64,000 nucleotides of DNA from the NCBI GenBank assembly GCA_965222605.1, contig OZ244960.1:2208001-2272000 (forward strand), written 5' to 3'. How positions within the stretch are numbered: position 1 is the first letter of the stretch; each line of letters starts with the position of its first letter. A program made the position numbers and the translations under genes. Positions 1 through 10,549 of the stretch are shown piece by piece. This DNA comes from Candidatus Latescibacterota bacterium. Its GTDB lineage: Bacteria; Latescibacterota; UBA2968. The notes under the pieces were generated by a model. That model was given only the letters and a program-made list of their open reading frames with translations. It did not search any database and was not told where the DNA came from.

Positions 1-2
1 AT

Positions 3-1088
3 GCGCGGGCACGCGGACTGGACTGGGCAGCCTTACCAGTGAATGCGAATGGAAATTCGATACTGACACTACCCGGCAAATATGTTGAAATTCGCGGGGG
101 AAAACAATGGGTGATGGGCACCACGGGGCTATTTACCCCTGAAAAAAATGGATTCGAAGTGCATGCCCAGGCGCATTTAGATCGCGGTATTATTGGCTAT
201 ACAGATATTTTCGGCACATCGAATTTATTCGACATTCTCGCTGGCCCGGCTTTTGACGCACTCGATGTCACGCATCCCGATGCACAAGTACTATGGTTTG
301 CACTGCTCAATCGGGGATATCGCATTGCGGGTACAGCTTTTTCCGACGAACATTTTCGCACATACACACAAGTACCCGGGGACCTCACCGCCGATAGACT
401 GATGCGCGCAATTGCCAACGGACAAAATATGATAACCAATGGGCCTCTAATCTCATTATCCGTCTTTGCAGCCGGACCTGGCAACCAATTGCCCGCAGGC
501 CGTAAAAGACGGGCAACAATTCACGCCTGGGCAGCCGCAAAATCCGATGCGTATTTGACGCGCATTGAACTGGTTCGCAATGCACGGGTAATCCAGAGTT
601 GGAATTTGAAAGAACAGCCGCGAAAATATCGGATATCAACAGCACTCGAAGATTCGGTCAATTGCTGGTACCTCGCCCGGTGCTACGGTGCAGATACGTC
701 GCGCGTGGCATTGACGAATCCAATCTATTTCCAAACAAAAAATTTCGCGCCTCCCCAACCTGTTCAGGCTATTGTGCGAGGCAAAATTGAAATGACCGAC
801 AGTTCTTCTGTCCCCAAAGCCGTTGTTCGAGCGGTTGACCCCACTGGCAGAACAGTCATGGAAACAGCAGCTCCACGCGGAACATTTCAAATTTGGGTGC
901 CTGCGACCAGCCAGATTCACATAGAAGCAAAAGGCTACGAAACACTACCCCAACGCATTTTTGACCATCGCGATATTCAGCGTCTATTGCAAACACCTGT
1001 CAACCTGTCCGAACTAAGCGCCTTAGATGAGCTAACCGAACAATTGCAAGCCATTGACATGGTTTTTGTCCTCAAACATTCACAATAA
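3..1088 (+). CDS. CehA/McbA-like (PHP-type) metallohydrolase, C-terminal part; 5'-truncated by the window edge
   Basis: Frame is open from position 3; WFALLNRGYRIAGTAFSD...RTY, ITNGP and TNPIY segments resemble this family; C-terminal carboxypeptidase-regulatory-like beta domain. Confidence 0.55.
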   Translation, partial: ARARGLDWAALPVNANGNSILTLPGKYVEIRGGKQWVMGTTGLFTPEKNGFEVHAQAHLDRGIIGYTDIFGTSNLFDILAGPAFDALDVTHPDAQVLWFALLNRGYRIAGTAFSDEHFRTYTQVPGDLTADRLMRAIANGQNMITNGPLISLSVFAAGPGNQLPAGRKRRATIHAWAAAKSDAYLTRIELVRNARVIQSWNLKEQPRKYRISTALEDSVNCWYLARCYGADTSRVALTNPIYFQTKNFAPPQPVQAIVRGKIEMTDSSSVPKAVVRAVDPTGRTVMETAAPRGTFQIWVPATSQIHIEAKGYETLPQRIFDHRDIQRLLQTPVNLSELSALDELTEQLQAIDMVFVLKHSQ

Positions 1089-1154
1089 TTTGACCACCGT
1101 ATTATATTTACACTGTAGAAATATGTACTTTCATTTTCATCCCAGGAGATTAAA

Positions 1155-1847
1155 ATGAATAAAATTCTGGTGGTTGAAGACGAACCCGATATTTTGGAAA
1201 TGGTGCGCTACAACCTCGATCAGGCTGGATTAGATGTTGAAACAGCAGAAGATGCCGAGCGTGCCCTCCAGAGCGTTCAGGAAATTCTGCCAGATTTGAT
1301 CATACTGGACCTGATGCTGCCGGGCATTGATGGGCTGGATATGTGCAGGCAATTAAAACAAGATGCTCGAACCCGTCACATACCCATCTTGATGTTAACC
1401 GCGCGCAAAGAGGAAGTAGATCGCATTGTGGGATTAGAGTTGGGAGCCGATGACTACGTCGTCAAACCCTTTTCCCCACGCGAACTCGTCTTGAGAGCGC
1501 AGGCGATTCTGCGGCGCAGTCAGGGTAGCTTACAATCGACCACAGATGCCTGGTTACATATGGGACCGATCTCTATCGATAAAGCTGCACACCAGGCCCT
1601 GTTAAACGGTGACCCATTAGAATTGACGGGCACAGAGTTTAAGTTGCTCATAACCCTGATCGAACGCCGCGGGCGCGTGCAAACGCGTGACGATTTACTC
1701 GATACAGTATGGGGTTATGAATACAGCGGCTATGGGCGCACGGTCGATACACACATCAGGCGGTTACGCGAAAAAATCGGCGGGGCAAGCGAATGGATCG
1801 AAACCGTGCGGGGCGTGGGCTATCGCTTCCGTCGAGAGAGAGTCTAA
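1155..1847 (+). CDS. phoB: OmpR/PhoB-family response regulator (PhoB/PhoP-like)
   Basis: VVEDE, LDLMLPG, GADDYVVKPF receiver motifs; winged-helix RTVDTHIRRLREK...TVRGVGY; AGGAG RBS; followed by a PhoR-like kinase. Confidence 0.85.
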   Translation: MNKILVVEDEPDILEMVRYNLDQAGLDVETAEDAERALQSVQEILPDLIILDLMLPGIDGLDMCRQLKQDARTRHIPILMLTARKEEVDRIVGLELGADDYVVKPFSPRELVLRAQAILRRSQGSLQSTTDAWLHMGPISIDKAAHQALLNGDPLELTGTEFKLLITLIERRGRVQTRDDLLDTVWGYEYSGYGRTVDTHIRRLREKIGGASEWIETVRGVGYRFRRERV

Positions 1848-1848
1848 T

Positions 1849-3678
1849 ATGCGTTTGCACTGGAAATGGGTGCTTGCTTGCCTTTCTGTACTGGTACTGG
1901 TACTGGCATCTACACATCTGTATCTGGATCGCGCCATACGCAACTTTTGGGTTTCTCATCTCGAGCAGAGACTTTTGCGAGAAGTGCGTTTTGCCCGCTT
2001 GCATCTCAGCGATGTACCAAATACCGATGAAGGACTCATTCCACTTGTCAACGAGGTGGGCTTGCGTTTGGGCGTGCGTGCAACGCTGATCAACGGCAAA
2101 GGGCGCGTATTGGCCGATTCGGAAACCGACCCATCCGATCTGAGTACTCTGGAAAATCACGCCGATCATCCAGAAGTCAGCGCGGTACGTCAACAGGGCC
2201 GGGGAAGCAGCTTGCGTTATAGCAATACACTGAATACCGAAATATTATATGTAGCAACTGCAGTACCGGAAATCGGCGATGGACATTATGTCCTGAGATT
2301 GGCCCTGCCTTTGCGCGATATGGGGCATATAAAACAACTGATTTCACGGGCGATATGGATGGTATCGATACTGGGATTATGCCTCGCCTTGTTATTGGCT
2401 TATGCCACCTCGCGATATATCTCGCGCCCGATTTTAGATGCAATATGGTTCGTCCGAAACATTGCTTCGGGGAGATTAAAACACCGCACACTCCGCGTTG
2501 GATCCACGCGAGAATTGCGCGATTTGGGCACCGCATTAGACGACATGCGCCGGCAGGTCCAGAAGCACATCGGACAAATCACACTTGAAAAATCGCGTTT
2601 AGAAGCCGTCTTGACGAGCATTACAGAAGCAATTCTGGTCACGGACCAGAGTGGTCGCATCCTGATGGGCAATCGGACATTTGAAAAGTTATTTGGTGTG
2701 TCTGACGCCATTGAAGGGCGCATGCCCATTGAGCTTGTGCGCCATCGGGATGTGCAAGATGCGATTGATCAAACCCTGAAAACCAAACAAGCGGTATTTT
2801 TAGATCTCACCCGCTCAGACGACCGAGAACGCCATTTCGATGTGCAGATTGCACCTATTTTGCAGGGCGATCATATCGCGGGTTCTGTAACTATCTTTTA
2901 CGACATCACGGAACTGCGCCGCCTGGAGCGCATTCGCAAAGATTTTGTCGCCAATGTTTCGCATGAATTGCGCACCCCGCTTACAACCATTAAGGGATGT
3001 GCATCCACGCTGGCAGACGGCGCCTTAGACGACAAGGAAGCCTCACAGCGATTCGTGCAAATGATCAACACCCATGCGGATCGCCTGCACAATCTGGTAG
3101 AAAATATTCTGGATTTGTCGCGTATCGAATCGGGGGCTATGCCCCTTGAGACCAGCGTATATTCCATACAGGAACTGGTCAATTCCGTCGTTGGGCAGAT
3201 ACGCCCACTGGCGAGGGAGAAAACCCTTGCCATTGAGGTAAACATAAAGGAAAATGTGCAGGTGCAGTGCGATCGCAAGCTCATCGAACAGGCATTGCTA
3301 AATTTGCTCGACAACGCCGTAAAATACACGCCTGAAGGGGGTAAAATCTGGATTCAGACGCGGGATTTCAAGCAGGTGGAAAATGTAGATGAAAACCGTC
3401 GCAATGGCCATGAGAAAGGTGAAAATGCTACGCAGACCCGCACGCGTCGCATTGCATTAGAAGTAAGAGACACGGGTATTGGGGTTCCGCTTTCAGATAT
3501 GGATCGCATTTTTGAGCGATTTTATCGGGTCGATAAAGGGCGATCGCGGGCAATGGGCGGGACGGGCTTGGGCTTGTCAATTGTTCGGCACATCATGGAT
3601 GCACACGGCGAGCGGATCTATGTCGAAAGTGAACAGGGCAAGGGATCGACATTTGGATTGACATTGCCGAGAAAATAA
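1849..3678 (+). CDS. phoR: PhoR-like sensor histidine kinase (2 TM, HAMP, PAS, HisKA, HATPase)
   Basis: ENHADHPEV periplasmic motif, DFVANVSHELRTPLT H-box, NLLDNAVKY, FERFYRVDKGRSR, GGTGLGLSIV; ATG at 1849 right after the upstream stop. Confidence 0.85.
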   Translation: MRLHWKWVLACLSVLVLVLASTHLYLDRAIRNFWVSHLEQRLLREVRFARLHLSDVPNTDEGLIPLVNEVGLRLGVRATLINGKGRVLADSETDPSDLSTLENHADHPEVSAVRQQGRGSSLRYSNTLNTEILYVATAVPEIGDGHYVLRLALPLRDMGHIKQLISRAIWMVSILGLCLALLLAYATSRYISRPILDAIWFVRNIASGRLKHRTLRVGSTRELRDLGTALDDMRRQVQKHIGQITLEKSRLEAVLTSITEAILVTDQSGRILMGNRTFEKLFGVSDAIEGRMPIELVRHRDVQDAIDQTLKTKQAVFLDLTRSDDRERHFDVQIAPILQGDHIAGSVTIFYDITELRRLERIRKDFVANVSHELRTPLTTIKGCASTLADGALDDKEASQRFVQMINTHADRLHNLVENILDLSRIESGAMPLETSVYSIQELVNSVVGQIRPLAREKTLAIEVNIKENVQVQCDRKLIEQALLNLLDNAVKYTPEGGKIWIQTRDFKQVENVDENRRNGHEKGENATQTRTRRIALEVRDTGIGVPLSDMDRIFERFYRVDKGRSRAMGGTGLGLSIVRHIMDAHGERIYVESEQGKGSTFGLTLPRK

Positions 3679-3710
3679 AAAAAGGGTCGCGTTAAATAAC
3701 GCGACCCCTT
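3679..3710. terminator. Intrinsic terminator between convergent phoR and tRNA-Pro
   Basis: GGGTCGCGTTA/TAACGCGACCC stem with an A-run on the left (U-tract on the minus strand). Confidence 0.75.
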
Positions 3711-3718
3711 AAATCTAT

Positions 3719-3795
3719 TGGTCGGGGCGAGAGGATTTGAACCTCCGGCCTCCTGCTCCCGAAGCAGGCGCTCTACCGGGCTGAGCCACGCCCCG
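3719..3795 (-). tRNA. tRNA-Pro(CGG)
   Basis: Reverse complement CGGGGCGTGGCTCAGCCCGGTAGAGCG CCTGC-TTCGGGA-GCAGG ... GGTTCAAATCC ... CCCCGACCA; 77 nt with encoded CCA. Confidence 0.97.
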
Positions 3796-3849
3796 TTTGC
3801 TATTTGTCTAAAAAAATACCACAATTTCATTCTCAGGCAAGAAAAAGAT

Positions 3850-4194
3850 TCACGCCGTCTGAAATGCCGCGACAGCCTCATCTACGGAATCGTGCAGATC
3901 GAAAATTTTAATCAACTGCGTCTGTACAAAAATGCTGATCACATGATCGTGGGCATTGGCGAGTTTCAAATCGCCATTGGCCTTGCGCAAACGCTGTAAA
4001 AGCGCGGTCAAAACCCCAAATGCCATGCTGTTTAACCACCGCACCTGTCCCAAATCTAAAACCACTTTCATCCCCTCATTCTTGTCGAGCAATCCAGTTA
4101 CATGATCGGCCAACCCCGACATCTCGCGATCTGTCACCTGACCGTCGAGCTTTATAATGCGAATATTTTCCCTCATTGTTTCTTCAAAAGCCAT
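3850..4194 (-). CDS. STAS-domain anti-sigma-factor antagonist (RsbV/SpoIIAA-like)
   Basis: VVLDLGQVRWLNSMAFGVL (phosphorylatable Ser retained), GDLKLAN; start MAFEE chosen at 4194. Confidence 0.85.
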   Translation of the reverse strand: MAFEETMRENIRIIKLDGQVTDREMSGLADHVTGLLDKNEGMKVVLDLGQVRWLNSMAFGVLTALLQRLRKANGDLKLANAHDHVISIFVQTQLIKIFDLHDSVDEAVAAFQTA

Positions 4195-4207
4195 CTCGTT
4201 TTCCTTC

Positions 4208-7102
4208 CTATTTGTGAACCAAATCTCCTTGCACCTCGAGCGCGGCTGCAAGGGATTCCACATGCGCTCTTAAATTTGCCACAAAGCGCTCAACATCTGA
4301 CCAATTTTCATCCTTTGCCAACACTTCAATTGTCGCAGCAACTTCCCTTACGTCATTCGCGTAAAACAATTCGGCGTTTTCTCTCAATTCACGCGCTCCC
4401 TGGCGAAGCGTTTCTGTATCGTCAAGCAGGCTTATCAAATCGCTCCTCGTTTCTAAAAACATCTCGGCTAACCGCACGAGAAGCGCCTCATCCCCACCAA
4501 CATGTTGCAATGATGCCTCCCAATTGAGCGTCTGTTGCACGGCGGGACCGGTCGATTCCACCGCATCGTAAAAAATGCGAGACCGAAGTGGTTTGGCGAC
4601 AAACCCATCCATGCCAGCCGCTATGCAAAGCTCGCGGTCGCCCTTCATCACATCGGCTGTCATCGCAACAATGCGAATATGCCCTCCTGACACCTTTTCT
4701 CGCTTGCGAATTTCTTTCGTAGCTTCAAGCCCATCCATTTCGGGCATTTGTACATCCATCAACACCAGATCAAAGGTATCGTCTTTGCCAAGTGCTTCCA
4801 GAGCCTCCACACCATTATTTGCCACAACGACTGTGTGACCGCGCTGGTGTAACATATCAATGGCAACGCGCTGGTTAACCAGACCGTCTTCGGCCAATAA
4901 AATGCGCAGAGATTTCCGCGCCTTTTCCGTTATGACATCGCCCGTTCCCAAAGCATCTGGTGCAGATTCCTCAAACAAGCCAGCAATCAAATTAAAAAGA
5001 TCGGATTGTTTGATGGGTTTGGACAAGTGCCCGGCCAGCGTTTCTCTGGTAGAAGCCGTATCCGGACGGCCAGCAGAGGTCAACACCACCACGCGCGTGT
5101 ATTTCAGCGTTGCATCAGCGGCAATCTGCCGTGCGAGCGCGTAACCGTTCATAACGGGCATTTCCGCATCGAGCAGAACCAGTGGATATGGGCTGCCCGC
5201 CTGTTGTGCGCGCAGCAACTCTTCCAATGCAATTTGACCATTCTCAGCCAGAGCGGGTTTCAATCCCTGACAGGACAGCATTTCTTCAAAAATTACCCGA
5301 TTGGTATTATTATCATCAACGACCAATACGGGCATGCCGTGCAATGTATCGGGCAAAACATCTCGGTATGACACACCATTGGTACGGCGCGCAAACGTGG
5401 CTTCAAAAAAGAAAACACTGCCCTTGTCTGACTCGCTTTTCACATCGAGTTTTCCACCCATCAGTTCCACAAGTTGGGCCGAAATAGTCAAACCAAGCCC
5501 CGTGCCGCCATATTGCCGCGTCATTGAGCTGTCCGCCTGATCAAACGCGCTGAATACCTGTTGTTGTACTTGTAATGGAATACCGATACCTGTATCGCGC
5601 ACCTCAAATCGCAGTCTTGTGTCCTCCTCGCGCATTTCTATCAGGTCAACATCGATATCCACACCCCCTCGATCTGTAAATTTGATGGCATTGCCCGCCA
5701 GATTGACGACGACTTGTCTCAGGCGAATGGAATCGCCTATCAGGTCGTCGGGAACCTCTGGTGCAATCCGATAGGTCAATTCAAGCCCCTTCTCACTCGC
5801 CCGAACAGCCAGCGTTTGCAACGTATCGCCAAGCGTATCTCTCAGCGCGAACGGAATGCTTTCCAATTCGAGCTTACCTGCCTCTACCTTGGACAGGTCG
5901 AGAATATCGTTGAGCAATACGAGCAACGTATCTGCCGAATTATAAGCGAGATCGGCGTATTCCTTTTGCCGATCGGTCAATTCGGTATTGCCGAGCAATT
6001 CAATCATTCCCATAATGCCGTTCATTGGCGTGCGAATCTCGTGGCTCATATTGGCCAAAAATTGGCTCTTAGCCTGATTTGCTGCTTCGGCTGCTATACG
6101 GGCATTTTCAAGCTCTTTGTTCTGTGCCTCGAGGCGCTCGAGATCGTCTAAACGGGTAACGCCTATTGAGACCTGTTCTGCAATACTTTCCAAAAACAAA
6201 ACTTCAGTCTCTGAAAAGGCAGAAATTTCATCACTCATCAAAGCCAGTGTGCCCCGCACATGGGGAATATCGAGAATACACCGCACCTCAACCCCGTATC
6301 GCTCAGCTATGGCATTGAAGCCCCTCTCTGTCAATCCCCCCATATCTTCTACGAGATTCTCGCGGTAAATTGTTTTCTGCTGTTGCCACATCCGGTAAAC
6401 ATTTGGCACCTCGCGCACCATGCGATTGATCTGCCCCGAAGGCATCACCTCGTGCGTTTCAAAAGTATGCGTTTTGGGGTCGAGCAATCGATGCACGGCA
6501 ATGGCGACAACTGGTACATCGAGTGCCAGCAACTGTTCCCTGCACACGCGAACAACCACCTCGAGATGCTCTGGCCGCGTCATCTGTTGCACGGCGTGAC
6601 TGACCTGTATAAGCGCGTTCTGAAAAGCCACTTGCTCGCCAAGCGCACCTTCTGCCCGCTTCTGTCGGGTAATATCGGCCATCGCACCAATCATGCGAAC
6701 CGGCACTTCCTCACCTGCGTCAAAAAACACTTTGGCTTTGCTGCTGACCCATCTTACCTCGCCATTGGCATGCACGATTCGATATTCAGTATCGTAAGGC
6801 GCGCGTCCTTCAAGGGTTTGTCTGACCTCCTTCTGTGCGCGATCGCGATCATCTGGATGAACACACGCCAACCACTCGGCCTCAGAGACCATCGTATCTC
6901 GTGGAGGAAAACCAAAAAGTTCGAAATACCGGTCTGTACACACGGCGCGATCGTTTTGGATATCCCAATCAAACAGACCAATCCCACCGGCTTCGAGCGC
7001 GTGTGTAAGACGCTCTTCACTCCGCTGCAATGCGTCTAACGCATCCCGAATCTGTTGAAAGCCACCAGTAGAATCAACCGTATGTGTAGCGCGTTTTTTC
7101 AT
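4208..7102 (-). CDS. Cytoplasmic hybrid sensor histidine kinase (PAS_3, GAF-like, HisKA, HATPase, 2x REC, degenerate Hpt)
   Basis: [36 protein letters not shown]; two receivers (VVDDN..LLDAEMP; LAEDG..LMDVQMP); no TM segment seen. Confidence 0.92.
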   Translation of the reverse strand: MKKRATHTVDSTGGFQQIRDALDALQRSEERLTHALEAGGIGLFDWDIQNDRAVCTDRYFELFGFPPRDTMVSEAEWLACVHPDDRDRAQKEVRQTLEGRAPYDTEYRIVHANGEVRWVSSKAKVFFDAGEEVPVRMIGAMADITRQKRAEGALGEQVAFQNALIQVSHAVQQMTRPEHLEVVVRVCREQLLALDVPVVAIAVHRLLDPKTHTFETHEVMPSGQINRMVREVPNVYRMWQQQKTIYRENLVEDMGGLTERGFNAIAERYGVEVRCILDIPHVRGTLALMSDEISAFSETEVLFLESIAEQVSIGVTRLDDLERLEAQNKELENARIAAEAANQAKSQFLANMSHEIRTPMNGIMGMIELLGNTELTDRQKEYADLAYNSADTLLVLLNDILDLSKVEAGKLELESIPFALRDTLGDTLQTLAVRASEKGLELTYRIAPEVPDDLIGDSIRLRQVVVNLAGNAIKFTDRGGVDIDVDLIEMREEDTRLRFEVRDTGIGIPLQVQQQVFSAFDQADSSMTRQYGGTGLGLTISAQLVELMGGKLDVKSESDKGSVFFFEATFARRTNGVSYRDVLPDTLHGMPVLVVDDNNTNRVIFEEMLSCQGLKPALAENGQIALEELLRAQQAGSPYPLVLLDAEMPVMNGYALARQIAADATLKYTRVVVLTSAGRPDTASTRETLAGHLSKPIKQSDLFNLIAGLFEESAPDALGTGDVITEKARKSLRILLAEDGLVNQRVAIDMLHQRGHTVVVANNGVEALEALGKDDTFDLVLMDVQMPEMDGLEATKEIRKREKVSGGHIRIVAMTADVMKGDRELCIAAGMDGFVAKPLRSRIFYDAVESTGPAVQQTLNWEASLQHVGGDEALLVRLAEMFLETRSDLISLLDDTETLRQGARELRENAELFYANDVREVAATIEVLAKDENWSDVERFVANLRAHVESLAAALEVQGDLVHK

Positions 7103-7121
7103 TGTAATGACGAAATGATAA

Positions 7122-7196
7122 CTGGATTGCGGCTCTAAGCATGCCGCAATGACGATGGGTGCTCGTCACGCCTGCATGCCCTAAGCAGGCGTCCAG
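7122..7196. repeat. Inverted pair of CGTC-tagged REP-like palindromes (REPIN-like)
   Basis: 7122-7154 CTGG-ATTGCGGC-N9-GCCGCAAT-GACG and the reverse complement of 7164-7196 CTGG-ACGCCTGC-N9-GCAGGCGT-GACG share the same architecture with different stems. Confidence 0.65.
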
Positions 7197-7268
7197 GATG
7201 GGGGGTTACTTTTAACTCTTGTCGCATTTTTAGTTTTACTGACCTTGTGCCTGTAAAGGAAGTCAGCC

Positions 7269-7508
7269 CTATTCACCCTCTGTTCCCCGGGGTGTTACTT
7301 GTTCTACCGGGTCACCGCCCGAAATAGATTCAAAAAGAAAATTCATTTCTTTAAAACCGTAAATCACAATGACTAAGGCGATGACAATGGCAATGACAAT
7401 AAACCCATTCCTCAAATTATTCCCTTCGTCAAAACGGTGAAAAATGTTTCTGAGCTTTTGTCGCTCCGCCTGTTCCTCGTGGATACGATCTAAATCTTTC
7501 AGATCCAT
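7269..7508 (-). CDS. Small single-pass membrane protein, hypothetical
   Basis: 79 aa, one hydrophobic helix FIVIAIVIALVIVIYGF, AGGAGG RBS upstream. Confidence 0.7.
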   Translation of the reverse strand: MDLKDLDRIHEEQAERQKLRNIFHRFDEGNNLRNGFIVIAIVIALVIVIYGFKEMNFLFESISGGDPVEQVTPRGTEGE

Positions 7509-7725
7509 AAGTACCTCCTGATGCTATCAGAATAGCGATTGCGAGAAACTATCTCGCCATTAAGATTATACACACAAAAACAGAAGTCAATGGAAAATCT
7601 ACTTCTCCATATTAGTTCGAGCCACCCCACAAGCTCAAACAATTGTGGTTGACATAAACCGCTAATCTTTTGTACCTATTATGTGAATGGCTCTTTTTTT
7701 ATTTACATTTCTGGAGTCAGATTCG

Positions 7726-8421
7726 ATGGCCCATCTCCCAACTTCTTGTGACGCGCTCATTATAGACCGCAACCCCATCCACCGCCACCTGCTCTACGCG
7801 CTACTCGAGCAAATGGGCTATCGGGTTGTGGCAGTTCCCGAACCGCCTGAAAAAGCCCTGTCTTATCGTTTCGCGATGATGGACATAGATGAGTGTGAAA
7901 ATTTTGAACAGCAAATTGCGCGGGCGCAATCGGACATTCCCATTATTGGTCTCGTATCACACGAAAAATACGATCAACCCTGCCTCAACGCAGGTGCCGC
8001 AGCAACACTCATCCGCCCTGTCCGTGCAGACCAGATCTTTGCCGTCCTGCAAAATCTGAATGTGCATGCCGCTCTACAAACACCTCCTATTGACATCGAT
8101 CGCATCATGACACGGGTAGGCGGAAGAAAGCAAATTCTAAAAAAAATGGTAGTTGTTTTCACAGAAGAATTGCCCGACCAGATCGCCGCATTGCATCGTG
8201 CCATTGACCAACAATCGCCCGAAGACCTGCGCCAGGCAGCCCACGCGCTGAAAGGTTCCGTGGCCAATTTTGACGCCAAAGCAGCATACGAGGCAGCTTC
8301 CGCACTCGAGCAAATGGGCAAATCGAACAACTTGAGCCAGGCCCCCGCAACCTGCCAAACGCTCGAACACGAGTTGTCTGCTGTTCAAAATGCGCTCAAA
8401 GAACTCACCTTTTCCTTTTGA
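7726..8421 (+). CDS. Hpt-domain phosphotransfer protein with N-terminal degenerate receiver domain
   Basis: AAHALKGSVANF Hpt motif; N-terminal REC-like fold (IIDRN..MMDID..LIRPV); GGAG upstream of ATG 7726. Confidence 0.8.
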   Translation: MAHLPTSCDALIIDRNPIHRHLLYALLEQMGYRVVAVPEPPEKALSYRFAMMDIDECENFEQQIARAQSDIPIIGLVSHEKYDQPCLNAGAAATLIRPVRADQIFAVLQNLNVHAALQTPPIDIDRIMTRVGGRKQILKKMVVVFTEELPDQIAALHRAIDQQSPEDLRQAAHALKGSVANFDAKAAYEAASALEQMGKSNNLSQAPATCQTLEHELSAVQNALKELTFSF

Positions 8422-8435
8422 ACCGAGCACCAAAC

Positions 8436-9287
8436 ATGTCCAAAATACTGATCGCTGAAGACGACGGCCCAACCAGGGTGCTGGTAGAAGCCATACTCGA
8501 AGACGCCGGACACACAATAGAAACGGTTACCGATGGAACAAAGGCTTATGACCGAATCGCCACAACCTCATTCGACTTGCTGCTTACAGATATCTGGATG
8601 CCTGGACTCAACGGTTTGGAATTGTTGTCGAAAATAAAAACCCTGCCCTCACCGCCGCCAGTCATCGTCATGACTTCCGATGACACCTCGGACACCCTCC
8701 TCAAAGCAATCCGCGAACAGGCATATCACTATATCTCAAAACCTATAGACCCCCAGGAATTGACACGCCTCGTTCAGGATGGCCTCAGTGTGAGCCACCA
8801 GGAAACATTTATCGAAGTGACATCGGCAACTCCAAACTGGGTTGAAATTCTGGTGCCCTGCGATCAAAAAGCAGCGGGACGGATGCGCAATTTTGTGATG
8901 CAATTAGAAGCCGATCTGCCCGAAGACCTCCGCGAGACCATCGCGATGTCATTCTACGAACTCCTCGCCAATGCCATTGAATGGGGCGGACAGCTCGATC
9001 CAAGCAAAAAGGTTCGAATCGCATTTCTTCGCTTTGAGCGCATGCTCATGTTCCGCATAGAAGATCCCGGATCGGGTTTTGACATGGATGAACTCGACCA
9101 TGCGGCTATCAACAACCCCGACGATCCCATCGCCCACATGAGCGTCAGAGAAAACCGGGGGCTACGCCCGGGCGGCTTTGGCCTGTTGATGGTCAAAACG
9201 AGCGCAGATGAATTGATCTACAACGAAGCCCGCAACGAAGTAGCCTTTGTCAAATACCTCGATCTCCCAAAAGACACGAATAGATGA
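8436..9287 (+). CDS. Response regulator fused to an RsbW-like (HATPase_c_2) anti-sigma/Ser kinase domain
   Basis: IAEDD..TDIWMPG..KP receiver; C-terminal YELLANAIEWG, IEDPGSGFD, GGFGLLMVK..DE. Confidence 0.85.
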   Translation: MSKILIAEDDGPTRVLVEAILEDAGHTIETVTDGTKAYDRIATTSFDLLLTDIWMPGLNGLELLSKIKTLPSPPPVIVMTSDDTSDTLLKAIREQAYHYISKPIDPQELTRLVQDGLSVSHQETFIEVTSATPNWVEILVPCDQKAAGRMRNFVMQLEADLPEDLRETIAMSFYELLANAIEWGGQLDPSKKVRIAFLRFERMLMFRIEDPGSGFDMDELDHAAINNPDDPIAHMSVRENRGLRPGGFGLLMVKTSADELIYNEARNEVAFVKYLDLPKDTNR

Positions 9288-9291
9288 CCAA

Positions 9292-9327
9292 AAAAGGGCT
9301 GCGCATCTCATGATGTACAGCCCTTTT
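9292..9327. terminator. Bidirectional intrinsic terminator
   Basis: AAAAGGGCTG...CAGCCCTTTT between convergent genes. Confidence 0.75.
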
Positions 9328-9351
9328 GTCTTTTGTACGAAACGTAAACCT

Positions 9352-10539
9352 CTATCGTTCCTCTCCCACGAGACCGCAATAATCGGCCGCAGATAGTGCG
9401 TACACCTGCGCTGCCCGCTCCAACCGATCTACCTCTACCCACTCCACATCCGCGTGTGCCGTCTCATTCGAGGGACCGTAATAAAAGGTCGGCACCCCCG
9501 TCCCATGCACGTATAAATTGGCATCTCCCACAATCCGCATCCCCACCAGCTCTGCTTCCTGGCCCGTCACCTGTGTGTGCGCCCGCGCCACCGCTTGCAC
9601 TGCCGCATCCTCGGCGCGGGTCTCAAAAGGCTCGCGCTCGTGCTCCATCTCAACCCGCAGACTCAACTTCCCAGCCTCGGCAAATGGCCGCGCCAGGTCT
9701 TCCAACTCCGCCAACACCTGTGGCGCGGTGCGCCCCGGCAACCAGCGCCGGGTCCCGGTCAGGGTGCAACGCCGGGGCGTGCGATTAAAATAGTCGCCCC
9801 CCGCGACAATACCCAGATCAATCCGCTCTGCGCCGGCAAGAGCGTGTGCCGGTCCGTCGTCGAGTTCGAGTTGATACTGGTGGATCCGCTCAATGAGCGC
9901 ACCCACAAAGCGGATCGGATTGTCCGCAAAAGGCACGTACTGCGTGTGCTTGCCGCCAGCATCCGATTCGAGCGTGATGGTAAAGACCATCGACCCCATG
10001 CTCATAACCCACAGCGCGTCGCGGCCTTCGACAATCAAGATCCGGTCTCCGCCAATCCGGCCACTGTTGCGATCGGCTATCAACGCCAGCGGCCCATCCT
10101 TTTGCGCCTCGACCTCCTCGTGTCCCACAATAGCCGTCAGCCACAAATCGCCGCGCAATTCCACTCCGCTTTCCAGGAGTGCCTTGACCGCGCCCAAAGC
10201 CGCAGCCATTCCTCCCTTCATATCGGTCGCCCCCCGTCCGTACACGCGGTTGCCCTCGCGACGAGCGGGCGGGCAGTCCCCCACGGGAATCGTATCGAGA
10301 TGGCCATTGAGCATCAGAGAAGGACCATCCCCCTGCCCCGCGATACGCGCATAGAGATTGTTCCGCCCCGGACTGACTTCCCGCACATCGACTTCCAAAC
10401 CAATCCCGCGCATCATGTCATGATATGCGCGGCACACTTCGGCTTCGTCCATAGTAACACTGTATATATCGACCAATTCCAGGGTCCGTTCCGTCACCCA
10501 TTCCCGGTCAATAGCCGCTATGAGATCTTCTGTCTGCAT
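9352..10539 (-). CDS. M20 family metallopeptidase/deacylase (ArgE/DapE-like)
   Basis: NGHLDT, GRGATDMKGG, GHEE, YGP...AHADVEWV metal-ligand motifs. Confidence 0.9.
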   Translation of the reverse strand: MQTEDLIAAIDREWVTERTLELVDIYSVTMDEAEVCRAYHDMMRGIGLEVDVREVSPGRNNLYARIAGQGDGPSLMLNGHLDTIPVGDCPPARREGNRVYGRGATDMKGGMAAALGAVKALLESGVELRGDLWLTAIVGHEEVEAQKDGPLALIADRNSGRIGGDRILIVEGRDALWVMSMGSMVFTITLESDAGGKHTQYVPFADNPIRFVGALIERIHQYQLELDDGPAHALAGAERIDLGIVAGGDYFNRTPRRCTLTGTRRWLPGRTAPQVLAELEDLARPFAEAGKLSLRVEMEHEREPFETRAEDAAVQAVARAHTQVTGQEAELVGMRIVGDANLYVHGTGVPTFYYGPSNETAHADVEWVEVDRLERAAQVYALSAADYCGLVGEER

Positions 10540-10549
10540 CGTCCTTCCT

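Noticed and set aside
1886-1906. Tandem GTACTG hexamer repeats in phoR
   Set aside because: Only about three copies, in frame, encoding the VLVLVL transmembrane helix; no sign of phase variation
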